NCBI GenBank assembly: GCA_903825105.1
Contig: CAIJZI010000007.1
Location: 23,178-87,177, forward strand
From: an uncultured bacterium
GTDB lineage: Bacteria > Patescibacteriota > Minisyncoccia > Phycocordibacterales > Phycocordibacteraceae
DNA length: 64,000 nt
Direction: 5' to 3'
Numbering within the stretch: the first letter of the stretch is position 1; the number at the start of each line of letters is the position of its first letter. This document shows, piece by piece, positions 39,422 to 49,570 of this stretch. The translations under genes and the position numbers were made by a program. The notes beneath the pieces are model-generated. The model did no database searches, was not told where the DNA came from, and saw only the letters and a program-made list of their open reading frames with translations.

Positions 39422-41197
39422 ATGGCAAAAATCACACCAGAAAACGATCTCGAAATAAGGCGGAAGCATAGTGGCAGCCACATCATGACCGCTGCGGTTC
39501 AGAAGATCTACGGCGATTCAGTCGGCCTCGGCGTAGGCCCGTGGACGGACGAGGGATTCTATCAAGACTTCGACTTCGGCGCGACGACCCTCGCCGAAAA
39601 TGATTTGGCAAAAATAGAAAAAGAAATGGGTGAAATAGTGAAGAAGAATTTGCCGATTATAAAAGTCGAGATGAATGCTGACGAAGCACGCAAGATCTGT
39701 AAAGGTGACCCGTATAAAACGGAGCTGGTTGAAGAGATTATCGCGCGCGGCGATTTAATTAGTTTTTATTATATCGGCGAGTCACTCGACAAAGCGATCA
39801 GCGTGAACCTCTGCGCAGGGCCACACTTAGAAAAAACGGGCGAGCTCGGCGCATTTAAATTGATGCGTATCGCGGGCGCCTACTGGCGCGGAGATGAAAA
39901 AAATAAAATGCTCACGCGCATATACGGCATCGCTTTCCCGACTCAAGAAGAACTTGATGCTTATTTAAAACAGCGCGAAGAAGCAGAAAAAAGAGATCAT
40001 AAAAAAATCGGCAAAGAGATGGGACTCTTCACCGTCTCTGACCTAGTCGGCAAAGGCCTCCCGATGTATCTGCCCAAAGGCAATATTATCCGCACCGAGC
40101 TCGAGAATTTCATTCGCCATGAGAAAGAAGCGCTCGGCTATTCATTCGTCACGATTCCCCACATTGCAAAAAAGGAATTGTATATTCGCTCCGGACATCT
40201 CGGGAAATATGACGCGATGATGCCGATAATGAAAGATGAAAATGGCGAGGAATTTGTCCTCAAAGCAATGAATTGTCCTCACCATTTCGAACTCTATAAT
40301 GCGCAGCCGCATAGCTATAAAGACTTGCCCTTTCGCATCGCAGAAAATACGGTTGTATACAGAAATGAAAAAAGTGGCGAGCTCTCGGGGCTTCTGCGCG
40401 TCAAAGGTCTCTGTCAAGACGACACGCACCATGTCATTCGATTGGACCAAATCGAATCAGAAATAAAAATGATTCATGGGCTGATGCAGAAGGTGTACAG
40501 CATCTTCGGCTTCGATGATTATAAAGTTGAAATATCGATTCGCGATCCAAAAAATAAAGAGAAATATTTCGGCAGTGATGAAGTCTGGCAAAACGCGGAA
40601 AATATTTTGATTGAGCAGGTGAAGACTTGGGGAGTGCCGTTTTCAATCGAAGAAGGTGAAGCGGCATTTTATGGGCCAAAAATTGATATCCGCGTGAAGG
40701 ACTGTATCGGTCGCGAATGGCAGCTCACCACCATTCAGCTCGACTTCAATCAGCCAGAAAACTTCGATATGGATTATACCGGCGAAGACGGCAAGAAGCA
40801 TCGCGTCGTCGTCCTCCATGTCGCCATCTTTGGCTCCTTCGAGAGATTCTTCGGCATTTTAATCGAACACTACGCGGGTGCATTCCCACTCTGGCTCTCG
40901 CCTACCCAAGTAAAAGTCTTGAGCGTTTCTGAAAAGCACGCGGAGTATGCAAAAGAAGTCGTCGGTGAGTTAAAAGCTGCGGGCATTCGCGCCGAGACCG
41001 ATGATTCAAACGAATCACTGGGGAAAAAGATCCGTGCAGGCAAGATGGAAAAAGTTCCCTACCTCCTCGTCGTCGGCGATAAAGAGGTTGAAGCAAAAAC
41101 CGTTTCTGTCGAAAGCCGCGATGCGGGCAAACTCGACATCAATAAATTGGACGACTTCATCGTGCGCGCAAGTGAGGAAATTAAGAATAAGAAATAG
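39422..41197 (+). CDS. thrS: Threonine--tRNA ligase
   Basis: GAYWRGD, RDHKKIG, KAMNCPHH, AAFYGPKID, QLDF. Confidence 0.98.
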   Translation: MAKITPENDLEIRRKHSGSHIMTAAVQKIYGDSVGLGVGPWTDEGFYQDFDFGATTLAENDLAKIEKEMGEIVKKNLPIIKVEMNADEARKICKGDPYKTELVEEIIARGDLISFYYIGESLDKAISVNLCAGPHLEKTGELGAFKLMRIAGAYWRGDEKNKMLTRIYGIAFPTQEELDAYLKQREEAEKRDHKKIGKEMGLFTVSDLVGKGLPMYLPKGNIIRTELENFIRHEKEALGYSFVTIPHIAKKELYIRSGHLGKYDAMMPIMKDENGEEFVLKAMNCPHHFELYNAQPHSYKDLPFRIAENTVVYRNEKSGELSGLLRVKGLCQDDTHHVIRLDQIESEIKMIHGLMQKVYSIFGFDDYKVEISIRDPKNKEKYFGSDEVWQNAENILIEQVKTWGVPFSIEEGEAAFYGPKIDIRVKDCIGREWQLTTIQLDFNQPENFDMDYTGEDGKKHRVVVLHVAIFGSFERFFGILIEHYAGAFPLWLSPTQVKVLSVSEKHAEYAKEVVGELKAAGIRAETDDSNESLGKKIRAGKMEKVPYLLVVGDKEVEAKTVSVESRDAGKLDINKLDDFIVRASEEIKNKK

Positions 41198-41210
41198 TGA
41201 ATTGTGTAAA

Positions 41211-41247
41211 AGAAAAAGTAGCAAAGGTAACCCTTGCTACTTTTTCT
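41211..41247. repeat. Family C palindrome / bidirectional terminator between thrS and gyrB
   Basis: agaaaaagtagcaaaggtaacccttgctactttttct; close to 13311-13341. Confidence 0.8.
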
Positions 41248-41263
41248 TTTTGAAATTTTTATT

Positions 41264-43372
41264 TTACAAATCCACGGTCGCGAGTTTGGCGTTACTTTGA
41301 ATGAAGGATTTGCGCGCGGCGACATCGGTGCCCATAAGAATATCGAAGATGCGGTCTGCCGCTTCGGCGTCGTCAATGCTCACTTGTTTTAGAATTCGTC
41401 GTGCAGGATTCATCGTCGTCTCCCAGAGCTCGCTCGGATTCATTTCGCCCAAACCTTTGTAGCGTTGGACATTTACCTTTGCTGGCTTGGCCGGCTTTGC
41501 GGACTTGCCAGCGTCCTCCGTAGCCTCGGCGGAGGAGGATTCGTTCGTTAATTCATTCAAATCATCCCCTTCACTAACCACCGCGACTTCGTCTGGTGCG
41601 ACGCCAAACTCTTTTAACACTGCATCTTTTTCATTATCAGAATAGGCATACGCCATCGACTTGCCCTTCGTGATTTTATACAGCGGTGGTTGAGCGATAT
41701 AAATAAATCCGCCGTCGATAATCGGTTTAAAATGTCGATAGAGAAGCGTGAGAAGAAGCGTGCGAATGTGCGCGCCATCGACATCGGCGTCAGTCGCGAT
41801 AATAATCTTGTGATAGCGAAGTTTTGAGAGATCGAAGACATCGCCAATCGCGGTGCCCATCGCGACGATGAGGGCGCGGATTTCTATCGAGGCAAGCATC
41901 TTGTCGAGGCGTGCGCGTTCGACATTTAAGATTTTTCCTTTGAGCGGAAGCACCGCCTGCGTGCGGCGGTCTCTGCCCTGTTTCGTCGAGCCACCGGCTG
42001 ACTCTCCTTCTACAATAAAGAGTTCTGCTTCTTCAGCGCTCTTGGTCTGACAGTCAGCGAGCTTGCCAGGCAAGGTCATTCCCTCCAAAGCGCCTTTACG
42101 CAAAACTGAATCCTTCGCGGCTTTTGCCGCCTTACGCGCTTTAAGCGCGAGTAATACTTTATTAATAATCGCGCGCGCATCATCAGGATTTTCTTCGAGG
42201 AAGGTGCCAAGTGCTTCGCCAAAGACGGTCGAGACCGCGCTCTGGGCTTCAACGCTCCCGAGTTTCGCCTTCGTCTGCCCTTCAAATTGAATTTCTGGGA
42301 GCTTTACTGAAATGACTGCTGTGATGCCTTCGAGCACATCGTCACCGGTAAAGTTCTCATCTTTTTCTTTCAAAATGTTTGCATTGCGACCATAAGTATT
42401 AAGCGAGCGTGTGAGTGCTGTTTTAAATCCGGTGACATGCGTGCCGCCTTCGGCATTGTAGGTATTGTTGGCGAAGGCGGTGATGCGTGCTGTGATGTCG
42501 TCGACATATTGAAAGGCGACTTCAACCGCAACATTGTCGATCTCGCGATCGACATAAAAGATATTTTTATGTGCGGGAGTCTGATGACGATTATAGAAAG
42601 CGACGAGCGATTTGAGCCCGCCTTCGAAGTAGAAAGTCATCGACGGACACCCGAGATTTTTCTCACGCAAGAAGACGGTCTCTGTTTCAAATGCTTTTTT
42701 GTCAGAAGTGCGCGCGTCGATTACAGAAATGCGCACACCTTTTACCAAATACGCTTGCTGACGAAGGTGAGAGACGATGCGCTCCAAGTTAAATTCAATT
42801 CCTTCTTTAAAGATTTCTGCATCCGGCTTGAAGAGAACGATGGTGCCATGCTCTTGAGTCGTGCCAATCTTTTTTACGCGTGCAAGTGGCTTGCCGATTT
42901 CATAATCCTGTACATGCATCCCGCCGTCTTGGTGCACCACCACCTTCGTTTCTTTTGAAAGCGCGTTCACCACCGACGCACCGACACCGTGGAGCCCGCC
43001 AGAAACTTTGTACGCATCGTGATCGAACTTACCTCCGGCGTGGAGTGTCGTCATAATCGTCTCGAGCGCAGAGACTTTTGTCTTCGGGTGAATGCCAACG
43101 GGGATACCGTTGCCGTTGTCCGCAACGCGCACGAAGTTGTCTGGGAGAAGAGCGACTTCTATATCGTTACAACGCCCTGCCATCGCTTCATCGCGCGCAT
43201 TGTCGAAGATCTCCCACACGAGGTGGTGGAGACCGTCAGGACCCGTTGTACCGATGTACATCCCGGGGCGTTTACGCACCGGTTCAAGCCCTTCAAGGAC
43301 GGTAATAGAAGAGGCGTCATACGCCTTGGTTTTGGGGTCTTTACCCTGGGGTTTTTGGGCCATTTTAGCCAT
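41264..43372 (-). CDS. gyrB: DNA gyrase subunit B
   Basis: VRKRPGMYIG, GLHGVG, PGKLADC, EGESAGG, DADVDG, QRYKGLGEM. Confidence 0.97.
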   Translation of the reverse strand: MAKMAQKPQGKDPKTKAYDASSITVLEGLEPVRKRPGMYIGTTGPDGLHHLVWEIFDNARDEAMAGRCNDIEVALLPDNFVRVADNGNGIPVGIHPKTKVSALETIMTTLHAGGKFDHDAYKVSGGLHGVGASVVNALSKETKVVVHQDGGMHVQDYEIGKPLARVKKIGTTQEHGTIVLFKPDAEIFKEGIEFNLERIVSHLRQQAYLVKGVRISVIDARTSDKKAFETETVFLREKNLGCPSMTFYFEGGLKSLVAFYNRHQTPAHKNIFYVDREIDNVAVEVAFQYVDDITARITAFANNTYNAEGGTHVTGFKTALTRSLNTYGRNANILKEKDENFTGDDVLEGITAVISVKLPEIQFEGQTKAKLGSVEAQSAVSTVFGEALGTFLEENPDDARAIINKVLLALKARKAAKAAKDSVLRKGALEGMTLPGKLADCQTKSAEEAELFIVEGESAGGSTKQGRDRRTQAVLPLKGKILNVERARLDKMLASIEIRALIVAMGTAIGDVFDLSKLRYHKIIIATDADVDGAHIRTLLLTLLYRHFKPIIDGGFIYIAQPPLYKITKGKSMAYAYSDNEKDAVLKEFGVAPDEVAVVSEGDDLNELTNESSSAEATEDAGKSAKPAKPAKVNVQRYKGLGEMNPSELWETTMNPARRILKQVSIDDAEAADRIFDILMGTDVAARKSFIQSNAKLATVDL

Positions 43373-43421
43373 ATTATTTATACCTCCATTGTATCATAAA
43401 ATGTGATATTCTGAAACAATT

Positions 43422-44564
43422 ATGGAGATAAAAATACCGCGAAATGAGGAGAGAGAGCTCCGCGCCAAGCTCGACGCCAGAACCGACGCAGATGCCGCCA
43501 GAATGAAGCGTTATTTGGCGATGCCCGACCTCTCGAGAACGGTCGGCAACCCGCTGTATGAGCTTGTACAGCGCATTGTAGCGATACCGGATTTTAAAAA
43601 GTACGATGTGATAGAAGTGCCAGAAATAATGGACACAAGCATCGTATTCGACCTCTTCGACTTCCCTAAAGATCACCCTGCTCGCTCGACCTCTGATTCG
43701 TATTTCGTTGATGAAAAAAATGTGCTCCGCACCCACACGACCGTGATGTGGTACTACTGGCTTAAACAGGAACAGGTTCGAAAACAGATTGAAGCAGGAG
43801 AAGCAGTCGGCGCACTATCATTTGGAAAAGTGTATAGAAAAGATGAAATCGACCGAAAGCATATGAATGTCTTCCATCAGATTGATGGCTGGTACCTCGC
43901 GCGCAAAGAAGAAAAAATAATTACGATTGAGGATTTGAAAAAAGTGCTCTCTGACATCGCGAAGGCAGCCTTCGGTCCTGAAGTAAAATATCGATTTAAT
44001 GTCGACACATTCCCCTACACTGATCCCTCGCTCGAAATGGAAATCGACAAAGACGGGAACGACACTTGGGTTGAAGTCTTGGGCGCCGGCGTCGTGAAAG
44101 GAAAAGTGCTCGACAATCTTGGCGTTGATTCTTCAGTTTGGAATGGCTGGGCATTCGGCTTCGGGCTCGAGCGACTCGCGATTATCTCGATGGAGCTACC
44201 CGACATCCGCCTTCTCTGGTCAGATGATGAGCGCGTAAAAAAACAACTCGTCTTGGGCCAACATTTTAAAGAAGTGAGTAAGTACCCGCCGGTGGTGCGT
44301 GACATTTCATTTATCGTGAACAACGATTTCGTGCCCAATAACTATTTTGACCTCGTGCGCGATGTCATCGGCGATATGGCTGAGGAGATGGCACTGCTCG
44401 ATAAATATGAAAATGAAGAAAAACTAGGGGCAGGGAAAGTAAGTTATGCCTATCGAATCACCTATCGCAGTGTTAACAAAACGCTCACGAACGAAGAGGT
44501 AAATACACTCCATAAAGAGCTCGAGGAGGCAACGAAGCGCGTTTTTGAGGCGACCATACGATAA
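43422..44564 (+). CDS. pheS: Single-chain (organelle-type) phenylalanine--tRNA ligase: catalytic domain plus FDX-ACB
   Basis: HPARS.SD.Y, LRTHT, VYRKDEID..H..VFHQ, FPYT.PSLEME, GWAFGFGLERLA, DIRLLWS, then SKYPPVVRDISF...YRITYRS...TLT. Confidence 0.92.
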   Translation: MEIKIPRNEERELRAKLDARTDADAARMKRYLAMPDLSRTVGNPLYELVQRIVAIPDFKKYDVIEVPEIMDTSIVFDLFDFPKDHPARSTSDSYFVDEKNVLRTHTTVMWYYWLKQEQVRKQIEAGEAVGALSFGKVYRKDEIDRKHMNVFHQIDGWYLARKEEKIITIEDLKKVLSDIAKAAFGPEVKYRFNVDTFPYTDPSLEMEIDKDGNDTWVEVLGAGVVKGKVLDNLGVDSSVWNGWAFGFGLERLAIISMELPDIRLLWSDDERVKKQLVLGQHFKEVSKYPPVVRDISFIVNNDFVPNNYFDLVRDVIGDMAEEMALLDKYENEEKLGAGKVSYAYRITYRSVNKTLTNEEVNTLHKELEEATKRVFEATIR

Positions 44565-44593
44565 CGAGATTTTGTGCTATACTATCGCGTGTT

Positions 44594-45829
44594 ATGAGCC
44601 CGCAAATGTTGGCGTACCCTTTCCTTTTCCTCGCGATTTTTTTTGAATCGTTTGTTCTTGTTACCCTCCTTTCGAAGCCTGCTCGGGCTGCCCTAAACCG
44701 CAAAAATAGCGCACTTAACCCGTCTGTCGCGGTTATTGTGCCTTGTTATAACGAATGCGAAACCGTGGCGAAAACCTGCGAATCTCTCCTCGCTCTCGAT
44801 TATCCAAAAGATAAGCTCGAGATCATTCTTGTCGATGATGGATCGACCGACAACACGCCTATAGAGATGGCGCATTTCGCCGATAATCCACAAGTAAAAA
44901 TTATTAGAAAAGAAAATGGCGGAAAGCATACCGCGCTCAATGCGGGAATCGCCGCAACACAAGCAGAAATTGTCGGCTGTCTCGATGCAGACTCATTTGT
45001 CGAACCAAGCGCACTCCTCGAAATCGTCCCCTGCTTTTCTGATCCAAAAACTGCCGCGGTTACCGCAGCGATGTCGATACACCAACCAGAAAGCCTCATC
45101 CAACATATGCAAAACGCTGAATACATTTTCGGCATAACGATGCGCCACACCCTCGCTTCAATAAATGGACTCTATGTGACGCCAGGGCCTTTTTCTTTTT
45201 ATAAACGAGCTATTGTCGAAGAGCTCGGCGGGTTCAGACACGGGCACCAAACCGAGGATATGGAAATGGCACTGTGCATTCAGCAAGCGGGTTATAGAAT
45301 AGAAAACGCCATTCTCGCGCGCGTGTATACCAAATCTCCAAAGACTGTTCTCGCCCTTATCAAACAGCGCACACGCTGGACAACAGGCTTTATGCGAAAT
45401 GTGCTCGGCGAATACCGCGGACTTATCGGCAATAAGCGCTACAGCGTTCTCGGTATGCTGGTGCTCCCCTGCGCTCTTATCGCGATAGTGAGTGGCATAC
45501 TCCTTTTCTTAATGACCGTCTTCACCTTCTTAAAAAATCTGGTCTCTGCCCTTGAGATCCGCGCCGGGATTCCGCTCTCTTACTCGCTCCTGCCACACAC
45601 CTCATTTAGCTGGTTCTACTTCCCCGTGAGCGCGTATATATTCCTCGGCTTCGCGACGCTTATCGCCTCACTCTTTCTTATTGCCGTCGGGAAATATATT
45701 TCTAAAACGCCGGGGAATTTAACTCTTGGACTTATTTCATATACATTTTTGTACGGGATTATCGCACCGCTCTGGCTTATCCGCGCCACCAGCGATGTGG
45801 TATTCGGCAGGCATCGTCGTTGGAAATAA
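44594..45829 (+). CDS. GT2 processive glycosyltransferase (PgaC/IcaA-like)
   Basis: VPCYNE, VDDGSTD, DAD, TED, QRTRW, C-terminal TMs. Confidence 0.92.
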   Translation: MSPQMLAYPFLFLAIFFESFVLVTLLSKPARAALNRKNSALNPSVAVIVPCYNECETVAKTCESLLALDYPKDKLEIILVDDGSTDNTPIEMAHFADNPQVKIIRKENGGKHTALNAGIAATQAEIVGCLDADSFVEPSALLEIVPCFSDPKTAAVTAAMSIHQPESLIQHMQNAEYIFGITMRHTLASINGLYVTPGPFSFYKRAIVEELGGFRHGHQTEDMEMALCIQQAGYRIENAILARVYTKSPKTVLALIKQRTRWTTGFMRNVLGEYRGLIGNKRYSVLGMLVLPCALIAIVSGILLFLMTVFTFLKNLVSALEIRAGIPLSYSLLPHTSFSWFYFPVSAYIFLGFATLIASLFLIAVGKYISKTPGNLTLGLISYTFLYGIIAPLWLIRATSDVVFGRHRRWK

Positions 45830-45844
45830 ATAATTAAAAAAAAT

Positions 45845-46510
45845 ATGTCACTCATCGCTCGTAATGTACTCATCGCTCTTGGTATCACCATCGTGCTTTC
45901 AGGCACCGTCGTCTATGCGGTTAATTATTTAAATCGCGAACGCGTCGCTGAACTTGGCGCGATAGAAAATCAAATCTCTATCGAGACGCTCTCTCTTGAT
46001 ACACAATTTTCTCTTCTCGCCGCCACGCCGTGCGACAGCATCGCTTCTTCTACGGCGCTCACGGGTGAGCTCGCCGATCTCGGCAATCGCCTTGCGTATG
46101 CAGAAGGTCAGCTCGGCACCGATAATGCTCAAGTGGTACAACTTAAGAAACAATACTCACTCCTCGAAATACGCGATTATCTCATCACGAAACAGCTCGC
46201 TGCCGCCTGTGGTACCAAGCCAGTGACGGTTCTTTATTTCTACAGCAATGCGGGCGACTGTAGCGACTGTGACAAAGCTGGCTACGCACTCTCCTACCTC
46301 CGCACCGCCTATCCAACGCTTCGTGTTTACTCCTTTGACTACAACTTGAACCTCGGCGCACTCAAGACATTTGAGGCGGTGACAAAAGTAAAAGATGATC
46401 TCCCTGCCTTCGTGGTAAATGGTAAGCATTCATACGGCTTCACCTCCCTCGCCGACTTCGAAAAGCAGTTTCCGAAGGGTGCGCTGGCGACAACGACTAG
46501 CAGTAACTAG
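45845..46510 (+). CDS. Membrane-anchored protein with C-terminal thioredoxin-like CxxC domain
   Basis: TM helix, LYFYS...CSDC, LPAFVVNG. Confidence 0.7.
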   Translation: MSLIARNVLIALGITIVLSGTVVYAVNYLNRERVAELGAIENQISIETLSLDTQFSLLAATPCDSIASSTALTGELADLGNRLAYAEGQLGTDNAQVVQLKKQYSLLEIRDYLITKQLAAACGTKPVTVLYFYSNAGDCSDCDKAGYALSYLRTAYPTLRVYSFDYNLNLGALKTFEAVTKVKDDLPAFVVNGKHSYGFTSLADFEKQFPKGALATTTSSN

Positions 46511-46520
46511 AAACCAAATT

Positions 46521-46596
46521 TGGAGCCGCCTCCCAGACTCGGACTGGGGACCTTCACTTTACAAAAGTGTTGCTCTACCAACTGAGCTAAGGCGGC
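46521..46596 (-). tRNA. tRNA-Thr(UGU), CCA encoded
   Basis: Cloverleaf GCCGCCT/AGGCGGC, D-arm GCTC/GAGC, anticodon loop TTTGTAA, T-arm CCCAG-TCCGAGT-CTGGG. Confidence 0.93.
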
Positions 46597-46611
46597 ACTA
46601 TTTATTCTTCC

Positions 46612-47022
46612 CTACTCTAACACATCGGGAACTTCGGGCACAGTCTCCTTCAACTGGTCTTTAAAATCAGAAAGGGTCTTCACAAACTCGCGGGCATTCT
46701 CCCGCGTGCTCGTATCGACGGTCCGCTCCATACGGATGCGCTTGACGAGTCGCGTGAGGAATCGCTCGGCAGAGCGTACGATGGTCAGAGAAATATGCGC
46801 GACTGTGTGCATCACTTTTTGATAGATGCGATGAAGTTCTTCGCGCGCAAACGATTTAAAATCAACATTAACCAAAACAAATTCGATCTGTTCAACCTGT
46901 GCATCGAGCACTCCGCGTTTTTCTCCGAATACCCGCACACCCCGGCGTTCCTCATAATTAGTGAGAACAAAGAATCCTGCGAGAAGCACAAGTGTTATTA
47001 CAACGAAAATAAGGTGCCCCAT
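46612..47022 (-). CDS. Hypothetical membrane-anchored protein
   Basis: 136-aa ORF with N-terminal TM, between tsf and the tRNA. Confidence 0.7.
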   Translation of the reverse strand: MGHLIFVVITLVLLAGFFVLTNYEERRGVRVFGEKRGVLDAQVEQIEFVLVNVDFKSFAREELHRIYQKVMHTVAHISLTIVRSAERFLTRLVKRIRMERTVDTSTRENAREFVKTLSDFKDQLKETVPEVPDVLE

Positions 47023-47028
47023 AATCTG

Positions 47029-47610
47029 CTAGCGCAGAGAGATGCGAGCGAACTGGCTTACTTCTACGCGTTCGCCGAACTTCTGTGTTGCTTCGTTCAC
47101 GAGATCGCGGACCTTCTTTGATTCATCTCGAATAAAAGGCTGATCGAGAAGCACCTGCTCTTGGAAGTAGCTCGCGAGTTTCCCTTCCATAATCTTTTCT
47201 CGCATCTCGACAGGCTTTCCTTCAACTTCTTTTTCAAAAACGGTAACGGCTGCCTGCTTCACTTCTCTTGGAATTTCATCGGCTGTTGTATATTTTGGGC
47301 TGGTCGCTGCGACCTGCATCGCGATCAAGCGCGCGAGTTCTCCGAACTCTGGGTTCTTCGAGACGAAGTCGGTCTCAGTCGAGAGAAGTACCATCGCGCC
47401 GATAACGCCTTCGTGTGTATAGACTCCTATCGTCCCCGCCTTAAGCGTTCTCTCTGCCTTCTTTTCAGCGGCTTCTGCTGAACGCTTCTTGAGAATGACT
47501 TCAGCCTGTGCGAGGTCGCCGTTTGCCTCTTCGAGAGCTTTTTTACACTGCATTACCGACACGCTCGTCTTCTCTCGGAGTTCTTTTATTTGTTCAGTAG
47601 TAATTTCCAT
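47029..47610 (-). CDS. tsf: Elongation factor Ts (short form)
   Basis: IKELREKT...M.CKKAL, ETDFV, LLDQPFI. Confidence 0.95.
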   Translation of the reverse strand: MEITTEQIKELREKTSVSVMQCKKALEEANGDLAQAEVILKKRSAEAAEKKAERTLKAGTIGVYTHEGVIGAMVLLSTETDFVSKNPEFGELARLIAMQVAATSPKYTTADEIPREVKQAAVTVFEKEVEGKPVEMREKIMEGKLASYFQEQVLLDQPFIRDESKKVRDLVNEATQKFGERVEVSQFARISLR

Positions 47611-47633
47611 AGTAATTAAATTATAACACGCGG

Positions 47634-47688
47634 ATGTTTGGATTTCGTCATCCCATCACTAATGATGGGTTTACGAAATCCATCACAT
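47634..47688. repeat. Family A palindromic element (intergenic copy)
   Basis: atgtttggatttcgtcatcccatcactaatgatgggtttacgaaatcc. Confidence 0.8.
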
Positions 47689-47690
47689 TC

Positions 47691-48389
47691 CTACGATGTT
47701 TGGCCTTTTTTAAATGCTGAAGTAAGTTCAGCGAGAATAAGCTTCACTGTATCGCGAGATGCATCATTCGCGACAATCGGATACTGCGCATCGCGCACAT
47801 CGCAGTCAGAGCTCATAAGAGCGATGACTGGGATACCTGCGTCCTTCGCTTCCTTTACCGCGTATTTCTCGTGTTTCGAGTCAATAACGAGAAGAGCGTC
47901 AGGGCGCTTCGCGAGTGTCGTGATCCCATCGAGGCGCTGCTCGAGTCGTTTCTTCTCGCGATCGAGATACACGAGTTCAAGCTTTGTATGCTGTTTTGCT
48001 CGAATGCCTGCAGCAGACTTTTCAGAGAGTTCTGCGAGACGATCGATACGCTTCTTAATTTCTACCCAGTTCGAGATCGTCCCACCGAGCCAACGAGTCG
48101 CGACATAAGGAGCGGCGATTTCTTGAGCAGCCTTTTTAACCAGGTCGGCTATTTCGACTTTTCCACCAACAAAAAGCACTGTTTTCCCTTCTTTTGCGAG
48201 AGTAGACATTACTGCCTTCGCCGCGTCGAGCTGTTCGGCGGTTTGTACCAAATCGATGATTTCACTGCGGCCCTTGGTACCCATGACAAAAGGCTTCATC
48301 GACGGGTGTCGACGGCTTTTTACCTGCGCGAAATGAGCCCCTGCGCCAAAGAGGTTTTTTAATTCTGCCGAATCAGTTACTGATGTCAT
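47691..48389 (-). CDS. rpsB: 30S ribosomal protein S2
   Basis: AGAHF, IIDL, RWLGGT.SN, AND motifs. Confidence 0.97.
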   Translation of the reverse strand: MTSVTDSAELKNLFGAGAHFAQVKSRRHPSMKPFVMGTKGRSEIIDLVQTAEQLDAAKAVMSTLAKEGKTVLFVGGKVEIADLVKKAAQEIAAPYVATRWLGGTISNWVEIKKRIDRLAELSEKSAAGIRAKQHTKLELVYLDREKKRLEQRLDGITTLAKRPDALLVIDSKHEKYAVKEAKDAGIPVIALMSSDCDVRDAQYPIVANDASRDTVKLILAELTSAFKKGQTS

Positions 48390-49171
48390 TCCGATACTTT
48401 ACCTGAATCTTCGAGACTCTGCAACTGTATCTCTTCGATTATGTCGTCGATGCCCCCGGCTACGATCTTCGGCAGATTGTGCCACGACTTCTGTATCCGG
48501 TGATCAGTCACGCGATCTTGGAGGTAGTTATAGGTGCGAATTTTCTCTGACCGGTCTCCGGTGCCTATTTGTGCCTTCCGATTCGCCGCATGCTCCTTAG
48601 CCTCTTTTTCTTCCTGAAGCTGTTCGAGCTTCGCGGAGAGAATCTGCATCGCCTTCTCGCGGTTCGAGAGTTGACTCCGCTCGGAGGACGAGCGTACTTC
48701 GATGCCGGTAGGGATATGGACGAGCCGGACAGCCGTCTCAACCTTGTTCACATTCTGTCCGCCGGCGCCGCCGCTTCTCGAGAATTCCATCTTGAGATCT
48801 GCTGGATTTATTTCCATTTTTGACTTCGTACGAATCGGCAATACGGCAATCGAAGCAGTTGAGGTGTGGACTCTCCCCGATTTTTCGGTAAGGGGCACGC
48901 GTTGGACACGATGTACACCTGTCTCATAACGGAGTGCATCGTATGCGTCGGGGCTAGAAATTTCTATGGTTAAATCGTCGAGAACGCGCGTCTTCCAGCC
49001 GCGGTGTTCGGCATACTTCTGATACATTTCTTTTAAATCTCGTGCGAAGATAGCGGCCTCAGAGCCGCCCGCGCCGGCGCGCAGCTCCATCACCACAGAA
49101 CTCGGACGATCGTCCGATTGCTCTTCTGCTTTACCTTGTGCACCGTATTTTAAATATTCTGCGTAGTCCAT
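48386..49171 (-). CDS. prfA: Peptide chain release factor 1 lacking domain 1 (261 aa)
   Basis: [20 protein letters not shown] (PxT), [18 protein letters not shown]. Confidence 0.92.
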   Translation of the reverse strand: MDYAEYLKYGAQGKAEEQSDDRPSSVVMELRAGAGGSEAAIFARDLKEMYQKYAEHRGWKTRVLDDLTIEISSPDAYDALRYETGVHRVQRVPLTEKSGRVHTSTASIAVLPIRTKSKMEINPADLKMEFSRSGGAGGQNVNKVETAVRLVHIPTGIEVRSSSERSQLSNREKAMQILSAKLEQLQEEKEAKEHAANRKAQIGTGDRSEKIRTYNYLQDRVTDHRIQKSWHNLPKIVAGGIDDIIEEIQLQSLEDSGKVSE

Positions 49172-49188
49172 ATATTTATTAAAGCACA

Positions 49189-49257
49189 AAATTCGAATAT
49201 CGAAATACGAAACAAATCCAAATTTATTTCGGATTTCGTGCTTCGTACTTCGAATTT
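49189..49257. repeat. Inverted array of degenerate 7-mers (cgaa / ttcg periodicity)
   Basis: aaattcgaatatcgaaatacgaaa ... tttcgtgcttcgtacttcgaattt. Confidence 0.7.
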
Positions 49258-49504
49258 ACTTCTTCTGTGCAGCACGCTTCTTGAAGCGTTCGACGCGACC
49301 GGTCTTGTCGAGCATACGGTCTTCACCAGTATAAAACGGGTGTGACTTACTCGAGATTTCTACCGTTACCTTTGGGTATTCTTTACCTTCAAACTTTGTC
49401 GTCTCATTGGTCACCATTGTTGAACCAATCAGAAACTGCCCGCCAGAGGCGAGATCTTCAAAAACGACGGGTCGATACCCTTCTGGGTGAATTTCCTTTT
49501 TCAT
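49256..49504 (-). CDS. rpmE: 50S ribosomal protein L31, type B (Zn-free)
   Basis: MKKEIHP..Y, VEISS.SHPFYTG, GRVERF. Confidence 0.95.
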   Translation of the reverse strand: MKKEIHPEGYRPVVFEDLASGGQFLIGSTMVTNETTKFEGKEYPKVTVEISSKSHPFYTGEDRMLDKTGRVERFKKRAAQKK

Positions 49505-49570
49505 TCCACAGATACTACCATGCCACTTCGCCAAGTACAAATTCACTTGGCTTCGCGGCACGCAGCACTC

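Noticed and set aside
46521-46596. tRNA as a prophage/island attachment site
   Set aside because: No duplicated tRNA 3' end or integrase was seen nearby.
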